From: Planctomycetota bacterium
GTDB lineage: Bacteria; Planctomycetota; SZUA-567; H5-PLA8
DNA: 42,116 nt
Reading direction: 5' to 3'
Assembly (NCBI GenBank): GCA_038227875.1
Contig: JBBRPR010000070.1
Location: 1-42,116 of the forward strand
Shown piece by piece: positions 9,205 through 19,600 of the stretch. The notes below the pieces were generated by a model. That model saw only the letters and a program-made list of their open reading frames with translations. It ran no database searches and was not told the origin of the DNA. A program made the position numbers and the translations under genes. The stretch's first letter is position 1. The number at the start of each line of letters is the position of its first letter.

Positions 9205-10224
9205 TTGTCCGCAAAAGGAGCTCCCTTGCGCAAGTCACTTCATGCCGCCGTCGTGCTCTGCCTGCTTGCGACTGTTCCCATTCCCGCGTTCGCCTGGAAC
9301 AACTGCGGACACATGATGGTCGCCGAAGTCGCCTACCAGGAATTGCTGCGCAACCATCCCGAGTTGCTCGCGAACATCATCGCGACGCTGAAAAAACATC
9401 CGCGGCTCGAGGATCTTGAGGCCGAAATCGCCGCACATCACATTCACGAAGACGACCACGATCACTACCTGTTCCTGCTCGCCGCGACCTGGCCGGACAT
9501 GGTCAAGCAGTCCGGGCGTAAAAGTTCCGAGCACGGCAGCGGCCGCTTCGATCCGGAAGACCACCGCGAATGGCACTACATCGATCTGCCATACAATCAG
9601 GACGGTAAGGAACACGCTGGTGAAAAGTTCGACGAAAGCGCCTGGAAGCCCGGCGCGAAATCCGAGCCGCGCAACTGCGAGCAGGCGCTTGACAAATGCG
9701 AAGCCGAACTTCGCGACGCCGCAGTCTCAACCGAGATCAAAGCCAAAGCGCTCTGCTGGATTTTCCATCTGGTCGGCGACATCCATCAGCCGCTCCACTG
9801 CGCCACGCTGTTCTCATCGGCGCTGCCCGACGACGCGCCCTTCGAAAAGGGAGACAAGGGCGGCAACCTCTTTTTCCTCGAGGAGAAATCGAACCGCGGC
9901 CGATTCCGCAAGGAACTCCACGCGTATTGGGACGACCTGCTGGGCAAGTCGATGAGCTTCTCGCACCTGAGCCAATACTCGCGACACCTGATCGCCGTGC
10001 ATCCGCGCAAAAATCTCGCGAAGGAGCTGGCGGAATCCTCCGAGCGCGCGTGGGCGCACGACAGCCACAAGCTCGCCGTCGAGTACGCGTACCAGAACGG
10101 CAAGCTGACGCCAAACCACGATCCGGGCGAGGACTATTTCTACACCGCGCAAAAAGTCGCGGAGTCGCAGGTCGCGCTGGGCGGTTATCGGTTGGCGGAC
10201 AAGTTAGTGGCGTTGATGAAGTGA
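9205..10224 (+). CDS. Secreted S1/P1 nuclease
   Basis: Signal peptide followed by WNNCGH, ATWPD, WHYID, HLVGDIHQPLH, GGN, LHAYWD. Confidence 0.93.
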   Translation: MSAKGAPLRKSLHAAVVLCLLATVPIPAFAWNNCGHMMVAEVAYQELLRNHPELLANIIATLKKHPRLEDLEAEIAAHHIHEDDHDHYLFLLAATWPDMVKQSGRKSSEHGSGRFDPEDHREWHYIDLPYNQDGKEHAGEKFDESAWKPGAKSEPRNCEQALDKCEAELRDAAVSTEIKAKALCWIFHLVGDIHQPLHCATLFSSALPDDAPFEKGDKGGNLFFLEEKSNRGRFRKELHAYWDDLLGKSMSFSHLSQYSRHLIAVHPRKNLAKELAESSERAWAHDSHKLAVEYAYQNGKLTPNHDPGEDYFYTAQKVAESQVALGGYRLADKLVALMK

Positions 10225-10231
10225 AGGCGCG

Positions 10232-10666
10232 CTACGTCATGTCGGGATCATGATCGTCGCGAAGACTATGGAGAAAATCAGGATCATCGCGAACGAGTCG
10301 CGAAACTGTGGCAAGGGCTTCGAGTGTCCGGCCGCTGGGCTTGGCGCCGCTGAGCATCAGAAAAACAACAAACACCGGTCCGCCATCAAGTGCCTTCCAG
10401 TCGAGTCCTTTCACAGATACGCCCAGAGAACACATCATCTCGGCGCTGAACGGCAATCGCGCGTGCGGGATCGCCACACCGGAGCCAATTCCCGTGCTTC
10501 CATACTTCTCGCGCTCAACTAACGCTTTTACACAGTCGTCTACGCGATCCGCAGATAACGCATCGACTTTCACTAATTCGAGCACCAATTCGCGAATCGC
10601 TCCGTCGCGCGTCGTCGCGCGCAGTCGAATCGGCCTATCCATCGGAAATTCATCCCTGAGTTGCAT
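10232..10666 (-). CDS. PTS EIIA domain protein (Ntr/fructose type)
   Basis: EREKYGSTGIGSGVAIPHAR with the phospho-His; DWKALDGGPV. Confidence 0.88.
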   Translation of the reverse strand: MQLRDEFPMDRPIRLRATTRDGAIRELVLELVKVDALSADRVDDCVKALVEREKYGSTGIGSGVAIPHARLPFSAEMMCSLGVSVKGLDWKALDGGPVFVVFLMLSGAKPSGRTLEALATVSRLVRDDPDFLHSLRDDHDPDMT

Positions 10667-10768
10667 GCCGGAATTCTCGCGCGTTCACGGACGAATTCCA
10701 TGGGTATTCTGTCATCCGATTCTGCTCTTGAACGAATACTCCATCCCGCTTCTGATGAGTGGGTGCGA

Positions 10769-11737
10769 ATGACGAATCCCGCTTTCCTGCTCAGCTCACT
10801 CCTGGTCCTGCTGATACTGCTTGCCGGTTGCGGCGAGCCTTCCGTCGCACTCAACGCACCCGCGCTACCATCCCCCGCCCCGTCCGCCCAGCCTGCTCAT
10901 GCCCGCTCCGGCCCGCACGGCGGCGCGCTGATCCCGCTGGGCAACGATCACGTGGAGATCCTCTACGAAGAACCCCACTCGCGGCTCGTCGTCAGTTTTT
11001 TCAATGCCGACGCGACGTCGCTGAAAGGCGTGAACGCCGCGGCTCTTTCCGCGCAATTCAAGGTCTCTCCCGACGGACAATTTCAGACTCTGACGTTTGC
11101 ACCGCTGCCGCTTGAAGGCCAGTCGTCCGAGCTCTGCTCGCGCTTCGCGGCGCCCGCACCGAACGTGAAATCTGAATTCGAAATCGTGCTCCGGCTGCGC
11201 AGCGGCGATGCCGTCTTCCGCGCGCACGCGCTGCTCGATCCAGCCACGATCGCCAGCACCAAATTCGTCTGCCCGATGAATTGTTACGACGGCAAGCTCT
11301 ATCCGCTGCCCGGCAACTGTCCCAAGTGCGGCATGAAGCTGGTTGAAGCGACGAGCGGCGCGCAGCCGCATTCCGATCACCGCCCGCGCCACGGCGGCGT
11401 CTTTTTCATGTCCGCCGACAACTGGCATCATCTCGAAGGCGTCTTCGCGCCGCCCGACGAATTCCGTCTGTATTTTTACGACAACTTCACGCGCCCAATG
11501 GACGCCGGCAGCTTCGACGGCACCGTCGAATTTGAAAGCAAAATCGATGCGGCTGAAAAACCCGCATCCGCGACGCAGAAGCTTCAGCCCGGACCCGGCC
11601 GCGCCTATCTTACGGTCAAAGTTCCACCCACGGCTGCGCTCCCGCTCCGCGTCACCGTACACGTCAAACTAAAACCGGAACAGCCCCCTGAACTGTTCAA
11701 CTTCTCATTCTCGGACTGGGCTCCGCCCAAACCCTAG
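10769..11737 (+). CDS. Heavy-metal-binding lipoprotein
   Basis: Lipobox LLAGC; GPHGG...HVE and PRHGG...HHLE repeats; CPMNC...PGNCPKCGMKL metal-binding motif. Confidence 0.8.
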   Translation: MTNPAFLLSSLLVLLILLAGCGEPSVALNAPALPSPAPSAQPAHARSGPHGGALIPLGNDHVEILYEEPHSRLVVSFFNADATSLKGVNAAALSAQFKVSPDGQFQTLTFAPLPLEGQSSELCSRFAAPAPNVKSEFEIVLRLRSGDAVFRAHALLDPATIASTKFVCPMNCYDGKLYPLPGNCPKCGMKLVEATSGAQPHSDHRPRHGGVFFMSADNWHHLEGVFAPPDEFRLYFYDNFTRPMDAGSFDGTVEFESKIDAAEKPASATQKLQPGPGRAYLTVKVPPTAALPLRVTVHVKLKPEQPPELFNFSFSDWAPPKP

Positions 11738-11760
11738 CATTCCCCGCGCGGGTTAGTCGT

Positions 11761-14700
11761 TTACTTTTTAATTGCGCTCAGTTCACGCTCGTCTGCCATT
11801 TCTGGAATGACTCGGCAAAACCGCAGGAACAGCGCCGGCGTGGCGGCAAAATCGAGCAGCGTTGTCGTCAGCAGTCCGCCCACGACCACCAGCGCCATTG
11901 GATGTAAAATCTCGCGGCCCGGCTGGCCACGACTGATGATCAACGGGATCAGCGCCAGCCCGGTCGTCAGCGCCGTCATCAGCACCGGCGCCACGCGCTC
12001 CTGGCTGCCGCGCTCGATCGTCGAACGGCTCAGCGGCAAGCCCTCGCGTCCGATCAGGTGGTAGTAATGCGAAATCAAGAGCACGCCGTTGCGCCCCGCA
12101 ATGCCGGCCAGCGTGACGAATCCAATTACGCTCGCCAGCGAGAGCGTTTCATGCGCCAGCGCCAACGCGAGCACGCCGCCGATGAATGCGAACGGGATGT
12201 TGATCAACACCAGCAGCACCGGCGCGAGCGCGCGGAAATGGGCGAACAACAGCAGCACCGCGATGCACAGCGCCAGCATCGCCGCGGGCAATAGAAAACG
12301 CGTGGCCTGTCCGCGCGCTTCGTATTCGCCGCTGAACTGCACGGAATAGCCAGACGGCAGCGACGGCGTTACGTTCTGCTCCACCGCCTGCTTCATCGCG
12401 TTCACGGCGCCACCCAGATCGCGCCCGGCCACACTACAGGCGATCGTAATCTGGCGCGCGCCGCCTTCGTGGCGAATCTCCGAGGGGCCGTCCGTTTCAA
12501 TTACATCGGCGACATCCGCCAGGCGCACAAACGCGCCACTCGGCGAGACCAGCGGCATTTCGCGCAGGCGCTCCGGAGATTGCCGTACGTTTTCCGCCGA
12601 CCAGAGCAGCACGTCGCTGGGCTGCCGTGCGCTGAGTGCCGGCGCGATGAGCTGGCCGTTCAGCGCGGTGCCGAGCATCTCCGCCACACCATTCGCGGTG
12701 AAACCGTACTGCGCCAGCGCTTCGCGGTTCAGCCGCGGCTGCAGGCGCGGCACGGGCATCGGGCGATCGTTGATCACGTGCGTCACGCCGGGAACGCTAC
12801 GCACGGAAGTCTCCACGCGCGCGGCCAATCGCCGCAGCGTTTCGACATCGCCGCCGCGCAGCTTGATCACAACCGGCGACTTCACGCCCGACAACAGATG
12901 ATCGATGCGATGCGTGATCGGCTTGCTGACCGAGACCGCCAGCACCGGGACGCCGCGCAGCTTTTCTTCGATCTCACGCAAAACGATGTCGCCGGAACGC
13001 AACACGGCGGGCCGCGACCGACCGAGCACCGGCGGTGATTCCGCGTTGCCCCAGAACGTCACGTCGAGTTCCGAACTGTGCAGGCCTTCGGCGTGTTCAT
13101 CGAGTTCCGCGCGCGCGGTCCGGCGGCCGGTCGTGCGCACTTCCGGAATGCCGAGCAGCATCTCTTCCACTTTTGTGGCGAGACGATTGGATTCCGTCAG
13201 CGAAATTTCCGGCCACGCGCGCAGTTGGATCGTCAGCGTCGATTCACTAAAGGGAGGAAGGTAATCGCGTCCCAGTCTCTCTGCCGTAATTCCCGCCAGC
13301 AGCAACGCGACCGCAAGCACACCGAGCACCGTAATCGGGCGCGGAATGCAGAGCGCGTAAAGCCACCGCGCCGCGCGCTTGAAACCGCGCAGGATCAGTG
13401 CTTCGCCTTGCGGCGCCGACCGGCCCAACAGCAGCGAGGCGAGCGCCGGCGTCAGCGTCAGCGCGACGAGCATCGACATGAAGATCGAAACGATGTACGC
13501 GGACGCCAGCGGCGCGAAGAGCCGTCCATCGAGGCCCGGCAGGAACAGCAGCGGCAACAGCGCCAGCAGCACCAGCGCCGTGCCGTAGACGATCGCCGAA
13601 CGGATCTCCATCGACGCGCTGAAAATGTGCGCGAGCAATCCCGAGGGATGGACTCGCGTATGCGCTTCGGCGATGCGACGTTGAATGTTCTCGACGTCGA
13701 CGATCGCATCGTCGGCCAATTCGCCGATCGCGATGGCGATGCCGCCGAGCGTCATGCAGTTGATCGACTGTCCGAACAGTTTGAACACCGCCGCCGTGGC
13801 CAGCAGCGAGACCGGCATCGCGATCAGCGTCACCAGCACTGGTCGGAAGCGGAGCAGGAAGAGCACCAGGATCGATGCCGCCAGCACCGCGCCGCCAGCC
13901 AGACTTTCGCTCACGTTGCCGACGCTGGAGCGGATGAAATCCGCCTGCCGGAAGAGATTCGGTTCGAGAGTGAATCCGCCCGGCAGGCTGGCGCGCAATT
14001 CGTCGAGCGCCCGATCGACCTCTGCGGTCACGGCGCGCGTGTCGGCTTTCGCCTGTTTCTGCACCGCGACAATCAGCGCCGGCTTGCCGTTCAACGACGC
14101 ATCGCCGCGCGGCAGTTGCGTGCCCGCGCGGAGGGTCGCAACATCACCGACCGTTATCGGGACACCGTCGGTGTTCTTGATCAACGCTCCGGCGAGCGCA
14201 TCCATTGACGCGACTCCGGAAACCGCGACAGCCGTTTCCCGCTCGCTTTCGACCACTGCGCCGCCCACGCTGCTTCGGGCCGTGGCTTGCTGCAGCGCTT
14301 CTTTCAATTCGCTGAACGTCACGCCGTGTTCGCGCATCGCCTGCGGATCGGCGAGCACCTGCCACTGCGGCTTGCGGCCGCCGATCACGGAAATCTGCGC
14401 GACGCCGGGCAGCGCGAGCAGTTTCGGCCGCAGCGTCCAATCGGCGAACGTGCGCAACTGCGTCAGCTGCGCGTCGTCGCTGCCGCCAGGGACCACGCCG
14501 ATCAGCATGATCTCGCCCATCAGCGACGCGTCCGCGAGCATCACCGGCCGGGCGTTGCCGGGCAGCCTGGCCGCGAGCTGATCGAGTCGTTCCTGGACAA
14601 CCTGGCGGTTGCGGTAGACGTCGCTGCCCCATTGGAATTCAATGTTGATCAGCGAAAACCCGCTGCTCGAGACGGAACGAATCGTCGCCGAGCCGGCTGA

Positions 14701-14928
14701 TCCTGAGAGCGCAGCCTCCAGCGGCGTGGTGATCTGCGCTTCAATGTCTTCCGGCGGCAGTCCCGGCGCTTCGGTCATCACCGCAACCGTGGGGCGGTTG
14801 AGATCGGGCAGCACGTCAACGGGCAATTCCAGCGCGGCGTAAAGTCCGTACGCGCAGACCAGCACGGCGATGGCGATTACAAACGCGCGGCGCTGGAGCG
14901 AAAATGCGATGAGGCGATTGAGCATCAT
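11761..14928 (-). CDS. CusA/CzcA-family heavy-metal RND efflux permease
   Basis: LPVDVLPDLNRPTV, GELADDAIVDVEN in TM4, ERVAPVLMTALT; 1055 aa. Confidence 0.95.
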   Translation of the reverse strand: MMLNRLIAFSLQRRAFVIAIAVLVCAYGLYAALELPVDVLPDLNRPTVAVMTEAPGLPPEDIEAQITTPLEAALSGSAGSATIRSVSSSGFSLINIEFQWGSDVYRNRQVVQERLDQLAARLPGNARPVMLADASLMGEIMLIGVVPGGSDDAQLTQLRTFADWTLRPKLLALPGVAQISVIGGRKPQWQVLADPQAMREHGVTFSELKEALQQATARSSVGGAVVESERETAVAVSGVASMDALAGALIKNTDGVPITVGDVATLRAGTQLPRGDASLNGKPALIVAVQKQAKADTRAVTAEVDRALDELRASLPGGFTLEPNLFRQADFIRSSVGNVSESLAGGAVLAASILVLFLLRFRPVLVTLIAMPVSLLATAAVFKLFGQSINCMTLGGIAIAIGELADDAIVDVENIQRRIAEAHTRVHPSGLLAHIFSASMEIRSAIVYGTALVLLALLPLLFLPGLDGRLFAPLASAYIVSIFMSMLVALTLTPALASLLLGRSAPQGEALILRGFKRAARWLYALCIPRPITVLGVLAVALLLAGITAERLGRDYLPPFSESTLTIQLRAWPEISLTESNRLATKVEEMLLGIPEVRTTGRRTARAELDEHAEGLHSSELDVTFWGNAESPPVLGRSRPAVLRSGDIVLREIEEKLRGVPVLAVSVSKPITHRIDHLLSGVKSPVVIKLRGGDVETLRRLAARVETSVRSVPGVTHVINDRPMPVPRLQPRLNREALAQYGFTANGVAEMLGTALNGQLIAPALSARQPSDVLLWSAENVRQSPERLREMPLVSPSGAFVRLADVADVIETDGPSEIRHEGGARQITIACSVAGRDLGGAVNAMKQAVEQNVTPSLPSGYSVQFSGEYEARGQATRFLLPAAMLALCIAVLLLFAHFRALAPVLLVLINIPFAFIGGVLALALAHETLSLASVIGFVTLAGIAGRNGVLLISHYYHLIGREGLPLSRSTIERGSQERVAPVLMTALTTGLALIPLIISRGQPGREILHPMALVVVGGLLTTTLLDFAATPALFLRFCRVIPEMADERELSAIKK

Positions 14929-15002
14929 ATGAGGTATGCTACTCTAATCGTCGCAGTGAATTCGCGAAAGCCGATTAGCCATTTACAGGCTCGGAAGTCA
15001 AC

Positions 15003-16310
15003 ATGACGCCCCGTTCCACTTCCATTTCCTGGCTGCGCACCATCGCCCTCGTCGGGTGCTCGACGGCGGCGGCATTTATGCTGCTCCATGAAATCAGCGA
15101 CACGCGCGTCAGCGCGCATGGCGAAGAAGATTCGGCAGTCAGCGACAACGACCTCGACGTCCCGCGCTCAGTCTCCGCGGAGACGGCAAAATTCATCGGA
15201 CTGAAAACCGTCGAGCCGTCGATGCGGCCGCTGGCGGACTCCGTGGAACTCACCGGCCGCGTGAAAACTCCGCCGGAGGCCCGGCGCAAGGTCTGCGCGC
15301 GTTTCGCGGGAAAAGTTGTCGCGATAAACAAGCACGTCGGCGATGCCGTGAAGCCCGACGACGTCGTCGCCGTGCTCGAAAGCCCCGAGATTGCGCGCAA
15401 TCAGCTGGAGGCCCACCGCTCCGAGGCGGAGATTCAGCGGCTCCTTCTTGAAATCGAGAAGGTGAAAGTCGAAGCCGAGGGGTTGAAGCGCACCGTTCGC
15501 GTCAGCGAACTCCAGAACGAAGCGGCAAAAGCCGAACTCAAGCGCGTCGAAAGCCAGCCCAATCCGGCCGCCAATTTAGCCGCCTTGGAACTGGCCAACC
15601 GGCAGGAGTCCGTGACGCGCACGACCGGCGACCTGCGGCTCAACACGCTGCAGCTCAACCTCGCCGAGACCACCGTCGCCAATCTCACCAAGCAGGCCGA
15701 CGCGATTCGCGCCGTGATGAAAATTCAGCTCGCGTTCGGCAATTCCGAAAACGGCACGCTCAAACTGACCGCAGACGGCTCTGGCGTGGTGACCGCTTGC
15801 CTCGCGGTTCCCGGCGAATGGGTGCAGACCGGACAAACGTTGTACGAACTCGCCGATCGCGCAGCGGTGCAGATTGAGGCCGACGTTCCCGAAGCGCTGT
15901 TGCCGCGCGTGCGGGATCGCAAATCCGACCACGCGACTGTTGCAATAAAAGGGAGCGAGCAATCCATCGATGCCACGGCCGGCGCGCTGGGCGCGAGCAT
16001 TCACCCCGTGCGCCGCACCGCGAGTCTGTATCTCACCGCGCCGAACGCCAACAACGCGCTGCTAGATGACGCACGCGTGGCCGTGACGCTGAACTTGAGC
16101 GAGACGCAAAGCGTGCTGACCATTCCGCGATCAGCCGTGTTGCGGCGTGGGCCGGTGCGATTTGTGTTCGTGAAGAATGGCGACGCTTTCCTGAAGCAGG
16201 ACATTGCGATTGGGCGCACCGACGGCCAATTCGTCGAAGTGAAAGCCGGTCTCGCGCCGGGCGACACGATCGTCAGCGAAGGCGCCGAAGCGCTGCTTCA
16301 TCTGCGATGA
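15003..16310 (+). CDS. RND efflux periplasmic adaptor (CzcB/CusB-like)
   Basis: N-terminal anchor and AHGEED, lipoyl-like halves flanking a coiled coil, LTIPRSAV...VFVK...VEVKAGLAPGDTIVSEGA. Confidence 0.9.
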   Translation: MTPRSTSISWLRTIALVGCSTAAAFMLLHEISDTRVSAHGEEDSAVSDNDLDVPRSVSAETAKFIGLKTVEPSMRPLADSVELTGRVKTPPEARRKVCARFAGKVVAINKHVGDAVKPDDVVAVLESPEIARNQLEAHRSEAEIQRLLLEIEKVKVEAEGLKRTVRVSELQNEAAKAELKRVESQPNPAANLAALELANRQESVTRTTGDLRLNTLQLNLAETTVANLTKQADAIRAVMKIQLAFGNSENGTLKLTADGSGVVTACLAVPGEWVQTGQTLYELADRAAVQIEADVPEALLPRVRDRKSDHATVAIKGSEQSIDATAGALGASIHPVRRTASLYLTAPNANNALLDDARVAVTLNLSETQSVLTIPRSAVLRRGPVRFVFVKNGDAFLKQDIAIGRTDGQFVEVKAGLAPGDTIVSEGAEALLHLR

Positions 16311-16619
16311 AGTAATTCAAAATTAAAAATCAAAAACGCACACGGAAGACAGTGTGCCATGGATGTGCGGACGCTTGGAGCGTAGCGAAAGCGCCCGCTC
16401 ATCCGAATTACGACAGGCCGATTAGCATAGGGAAAATTTTCCCTATGTTGGAAATTAACCAGCGGCCAAAATTGAACGAGGATCCTCAGGCAAATTTGCC
16501 TGACCACTACTAATGGTAGAGTTGTACCTGTGGAACACCTGGGGACAAATTTGTCCCCAGGTATCTCTACGAACCGTTTTCCAGCGCGTGCGTTTTTGAA
16601 TTTTAAATTTTGAATTGCT
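16311..16619. repeat. Intergenic unit: imperfect ~33-bp terminal inverted repeats enclosing three perfect palindromes
   Basis: Arms gtaattcaaaattaaaaatcaaaaacgcac and gcgtgcgtttttgaattttaaattttgaattgc; palindromes at 16426-16447, 16486-16503 and 16537-16562. Confidence 0.85.
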
Positions 16620-16625
16620 ACGCCC

Positions 16626-19600
16626 TTACTTCTTCGCGGTGCCGCCCTTGCCCTTCTTGGACTTGTAGTTGAGCTTCACCACCGAGCCGGCGACGTAGGT
16701 TGCGGTCGTGGTCTTCAGCGCCACGGCCATCGGCAGCGTCACGGACGTGCCTGTGGCCGGCGTGGTGATGTCGGTCAGGCCGAAGGTCGTCAGCCCGGCC
16801 TTCAGGTTTTCGCCGCGCACGCCGAACGTCACCACCACGGAGCTCGAACCCTTGGTCGACGTCTTCACCACCAGCGTCGTGGAACTGCGCGGCGCTTTCG
16901 TCGGTCCGCCGAAGGTCAGGTTGCTCTTGATCACATTGCCGATCTGGACCGTCGCCGTACCACCAAGCGCAGGTGTGCCGCTGGGCAGCGTGAAGCGCAG
17001 GGTCACCGCGATGAAATCGCCGGAACCCGTCGGCACCACTTTGATCTGCGCCTTGTCGACCGAGAGCGGCGAATTCACCGGCGCGCTGGTCGCATCGTTG
17101 GGATCGGTGCCGGCCAGCGTCTCGAGGAAGTCGGGCACACCGTCGCCATCGGAATCCATCGTGAACGACGAGACCACCGCGATCACCAGTGTCGAACTGA
17201 CGGTCCCCGCGCTGTTGGTCGCGGTGATGTGAACCATGTACGTGCCGGCCGTCGTCGGCGTGCCGGAGATCAGATTGCCATTCAGCGTCAAACCGTCGGG
17301 GAGATTCGCGGCCTGGAATGTGATCGGCTGCGTGCCCGTCGCGGTGATGGTGTAGGCGAACGAGATGCCGGCGATCGCGGAGACCGTCAGCGGGCTGGTG
17401 ATCACCGGAGTCGGGAACGCCGGAGCCGGGCCGAAGAGCGAGAACGTGGACGTGTTGCCGGCCGTATCCGTCAGCGTCGCGGTCAGATTCATGCTGGCCG
17501 ACGAAGTCGTATCGATCTTCCAGATGCCGCCGATGCAGGAACTGCGGCCGAGCAGGCTGCCGCCCTGGTCTTCGAGATCGTTGAATACTTCCACCGCGCC
17601 GTCGACGGCGGCGTGGCCTTCGACGTGGATGCCGACGCTGTCACCCGTGGCGCGGCCGCCGGTTCCGGTGCGGTAAACCAGATCAAAGATCGGCGGCTTG
17701 ATGCCGTTGTTGCTGCCGTCGAAGAGCGCGATGCCGCCCTTCTTATTGGAGCTGATGCCGTTGTGCTTGGACGAATTGAATTTCGAGGTCGTCGCGCGGA
17801 CTTCGACGCCGTTGCCGCCGTTGTAGCCGATCGCGTTGCCCTGGCCGGTATCGCCGCCGACCTGTGTGCCGTTGGTGCCCTTCGAGAGGAAAATTCCCGC
17901 GCTGCCGTTGCCGGCAGAACTACGGCCGCCGAGCGTGTCGCTGAGATCGCCGCTGTCGCGCGTGCCCACGTTGATACTGCGCCCAGCCGTGATCAGCGCC
18001 GACGCGCCGACGATGTTGCCCATCACCAGATTGTTGTTCGTGCCCGCGCCGGAGACGGTGACGCCTTCGTAGAGATTGCCGCTGATCACATTCGCTTCGT
18101 CGGCAAGAGTGCTGCCGACTTGGTTGTTGCTACCGCTCTGTTGGATCAGGATGCCGGCGAGATTGGGCTGCGAGGAGCTGCCCGACGCATCCAGTCCGAT
18201 CCAGCAGCCCTTGACAATATTGGACGAGCCGCCGGCGACTTCAATCCCGAACGCGCCGTTGCCGGCAATGCGCAGGCCCTGGCCGTTGGGACCCGGGCCC
18301 GCGGCCGGCAGCGCGCGACTGCCGCCGATGATGTTCGAATTGCCCGTGACGTAGATGCCGTCCTTGGTGAAGCCCACGAGCGTCAGTCCCTGCACCGTAT
18401 TGCTGTTGGAGACCAACTGCAGTCCGTTGGCCGAGCCCGCGCCGCTGCCGTTGACCGTCACGCGCACGTTGGACGCGTCGATGGTCACGTTCCCCTTATT
18501 CATGTCGGGAAGCTGGCTGAGCACATTGATCACCGTCGCGGCGTTCGAGTTGACGAGATTGAAGACGGTCGTGTCGAAGAGAATCGAATCGCCGCTGCGC
18601 GCATCGTTGAGCGCCATGCGCAGCGAACCGGCGCCGGAGTCGGCCGTCGTGGTGACGATCCATTGGCCCAGCGCGCCGCCGAGAATGGTGAACGGCTGCG
18701 CGATCGACGTTCCGCCGCCGGGCGCCGTGTTGACCACCGTCACATTAGCGGTTCCGGCGGTGGCGACGTCCGAAGCGGAAATCGTGGCCGTCAACTGCGT
18801 GGTGCTGACAAACGTGGTCGGACGCACGGAGCCATTCCAGTTCACCTTCGAACTGGTGACGAAGTTCGTGCCGTTGACTGTAAGCATAAAGGCGCCCGCG
18901 CTGCCGGCGATCGCCGCGTCAGGACTGGTGAAGGAGATCGTCGGCACCAGGCTGTTGACGGTGATCGAGATCGTCCCGGTCTTGCTCAGCCCGAACGTGT
19001 CCTGCGACTTGAAGGTGAAGCTGTCGGGTCCGGAATATCCCGGCGTCGAGGTGTAGACGAGATTCGGTGCGGTGCCGCTGATCACGCCGTGTGTCGGATT
19101 GGTGATCGATGCGCCGGGGAACGTCACGCCCGCGTCGTCGATGGTGACGGACTGCAGGGTGATCGCCAGCGGATTGGATGCGTTGGCGGCGATGGGCGTG
19201 GAGACCGGTTCAGATTTCGGATCGTAAATTTCCACGGCGCTGGAGAACCCGCCCACAAATCCGCCGGTGACGAGAATGCGGCCGTCGGCGAGGCTGGTCA
19301 GTTGATGGCGCGTGTGCGGCGTCAGCGTGCTGCCGGTCAGCCCCCACGTGCCGCCGCTGACGGGATCGTACAGATCGACCTGCGCAAACGAACCGTCATG
19401 ACAGCCCACGGCCAGCACTTTGCCGTTGGAGAGCATGCCAATGCGGTGTTCGGTGCGAGCCTTGGTCATGCTGCCGGTGGGAAGAAAGGTGTTGCCGGCG
19501 ACCGAGTACAGTTCGGTGCTGGGAAACAGACCGTTGTTGAAGCCGCCGATCATCAGCACATTGGCGCCACCATTGACGACCACCGCCTGGTGCCGGAAGC

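Noticed and set aside
16311..16619. CRISPR array interpretation of the palindrome cluster
   Set aside because: The repeats are not identical, there are only three units, and no cas genes or leader are present.
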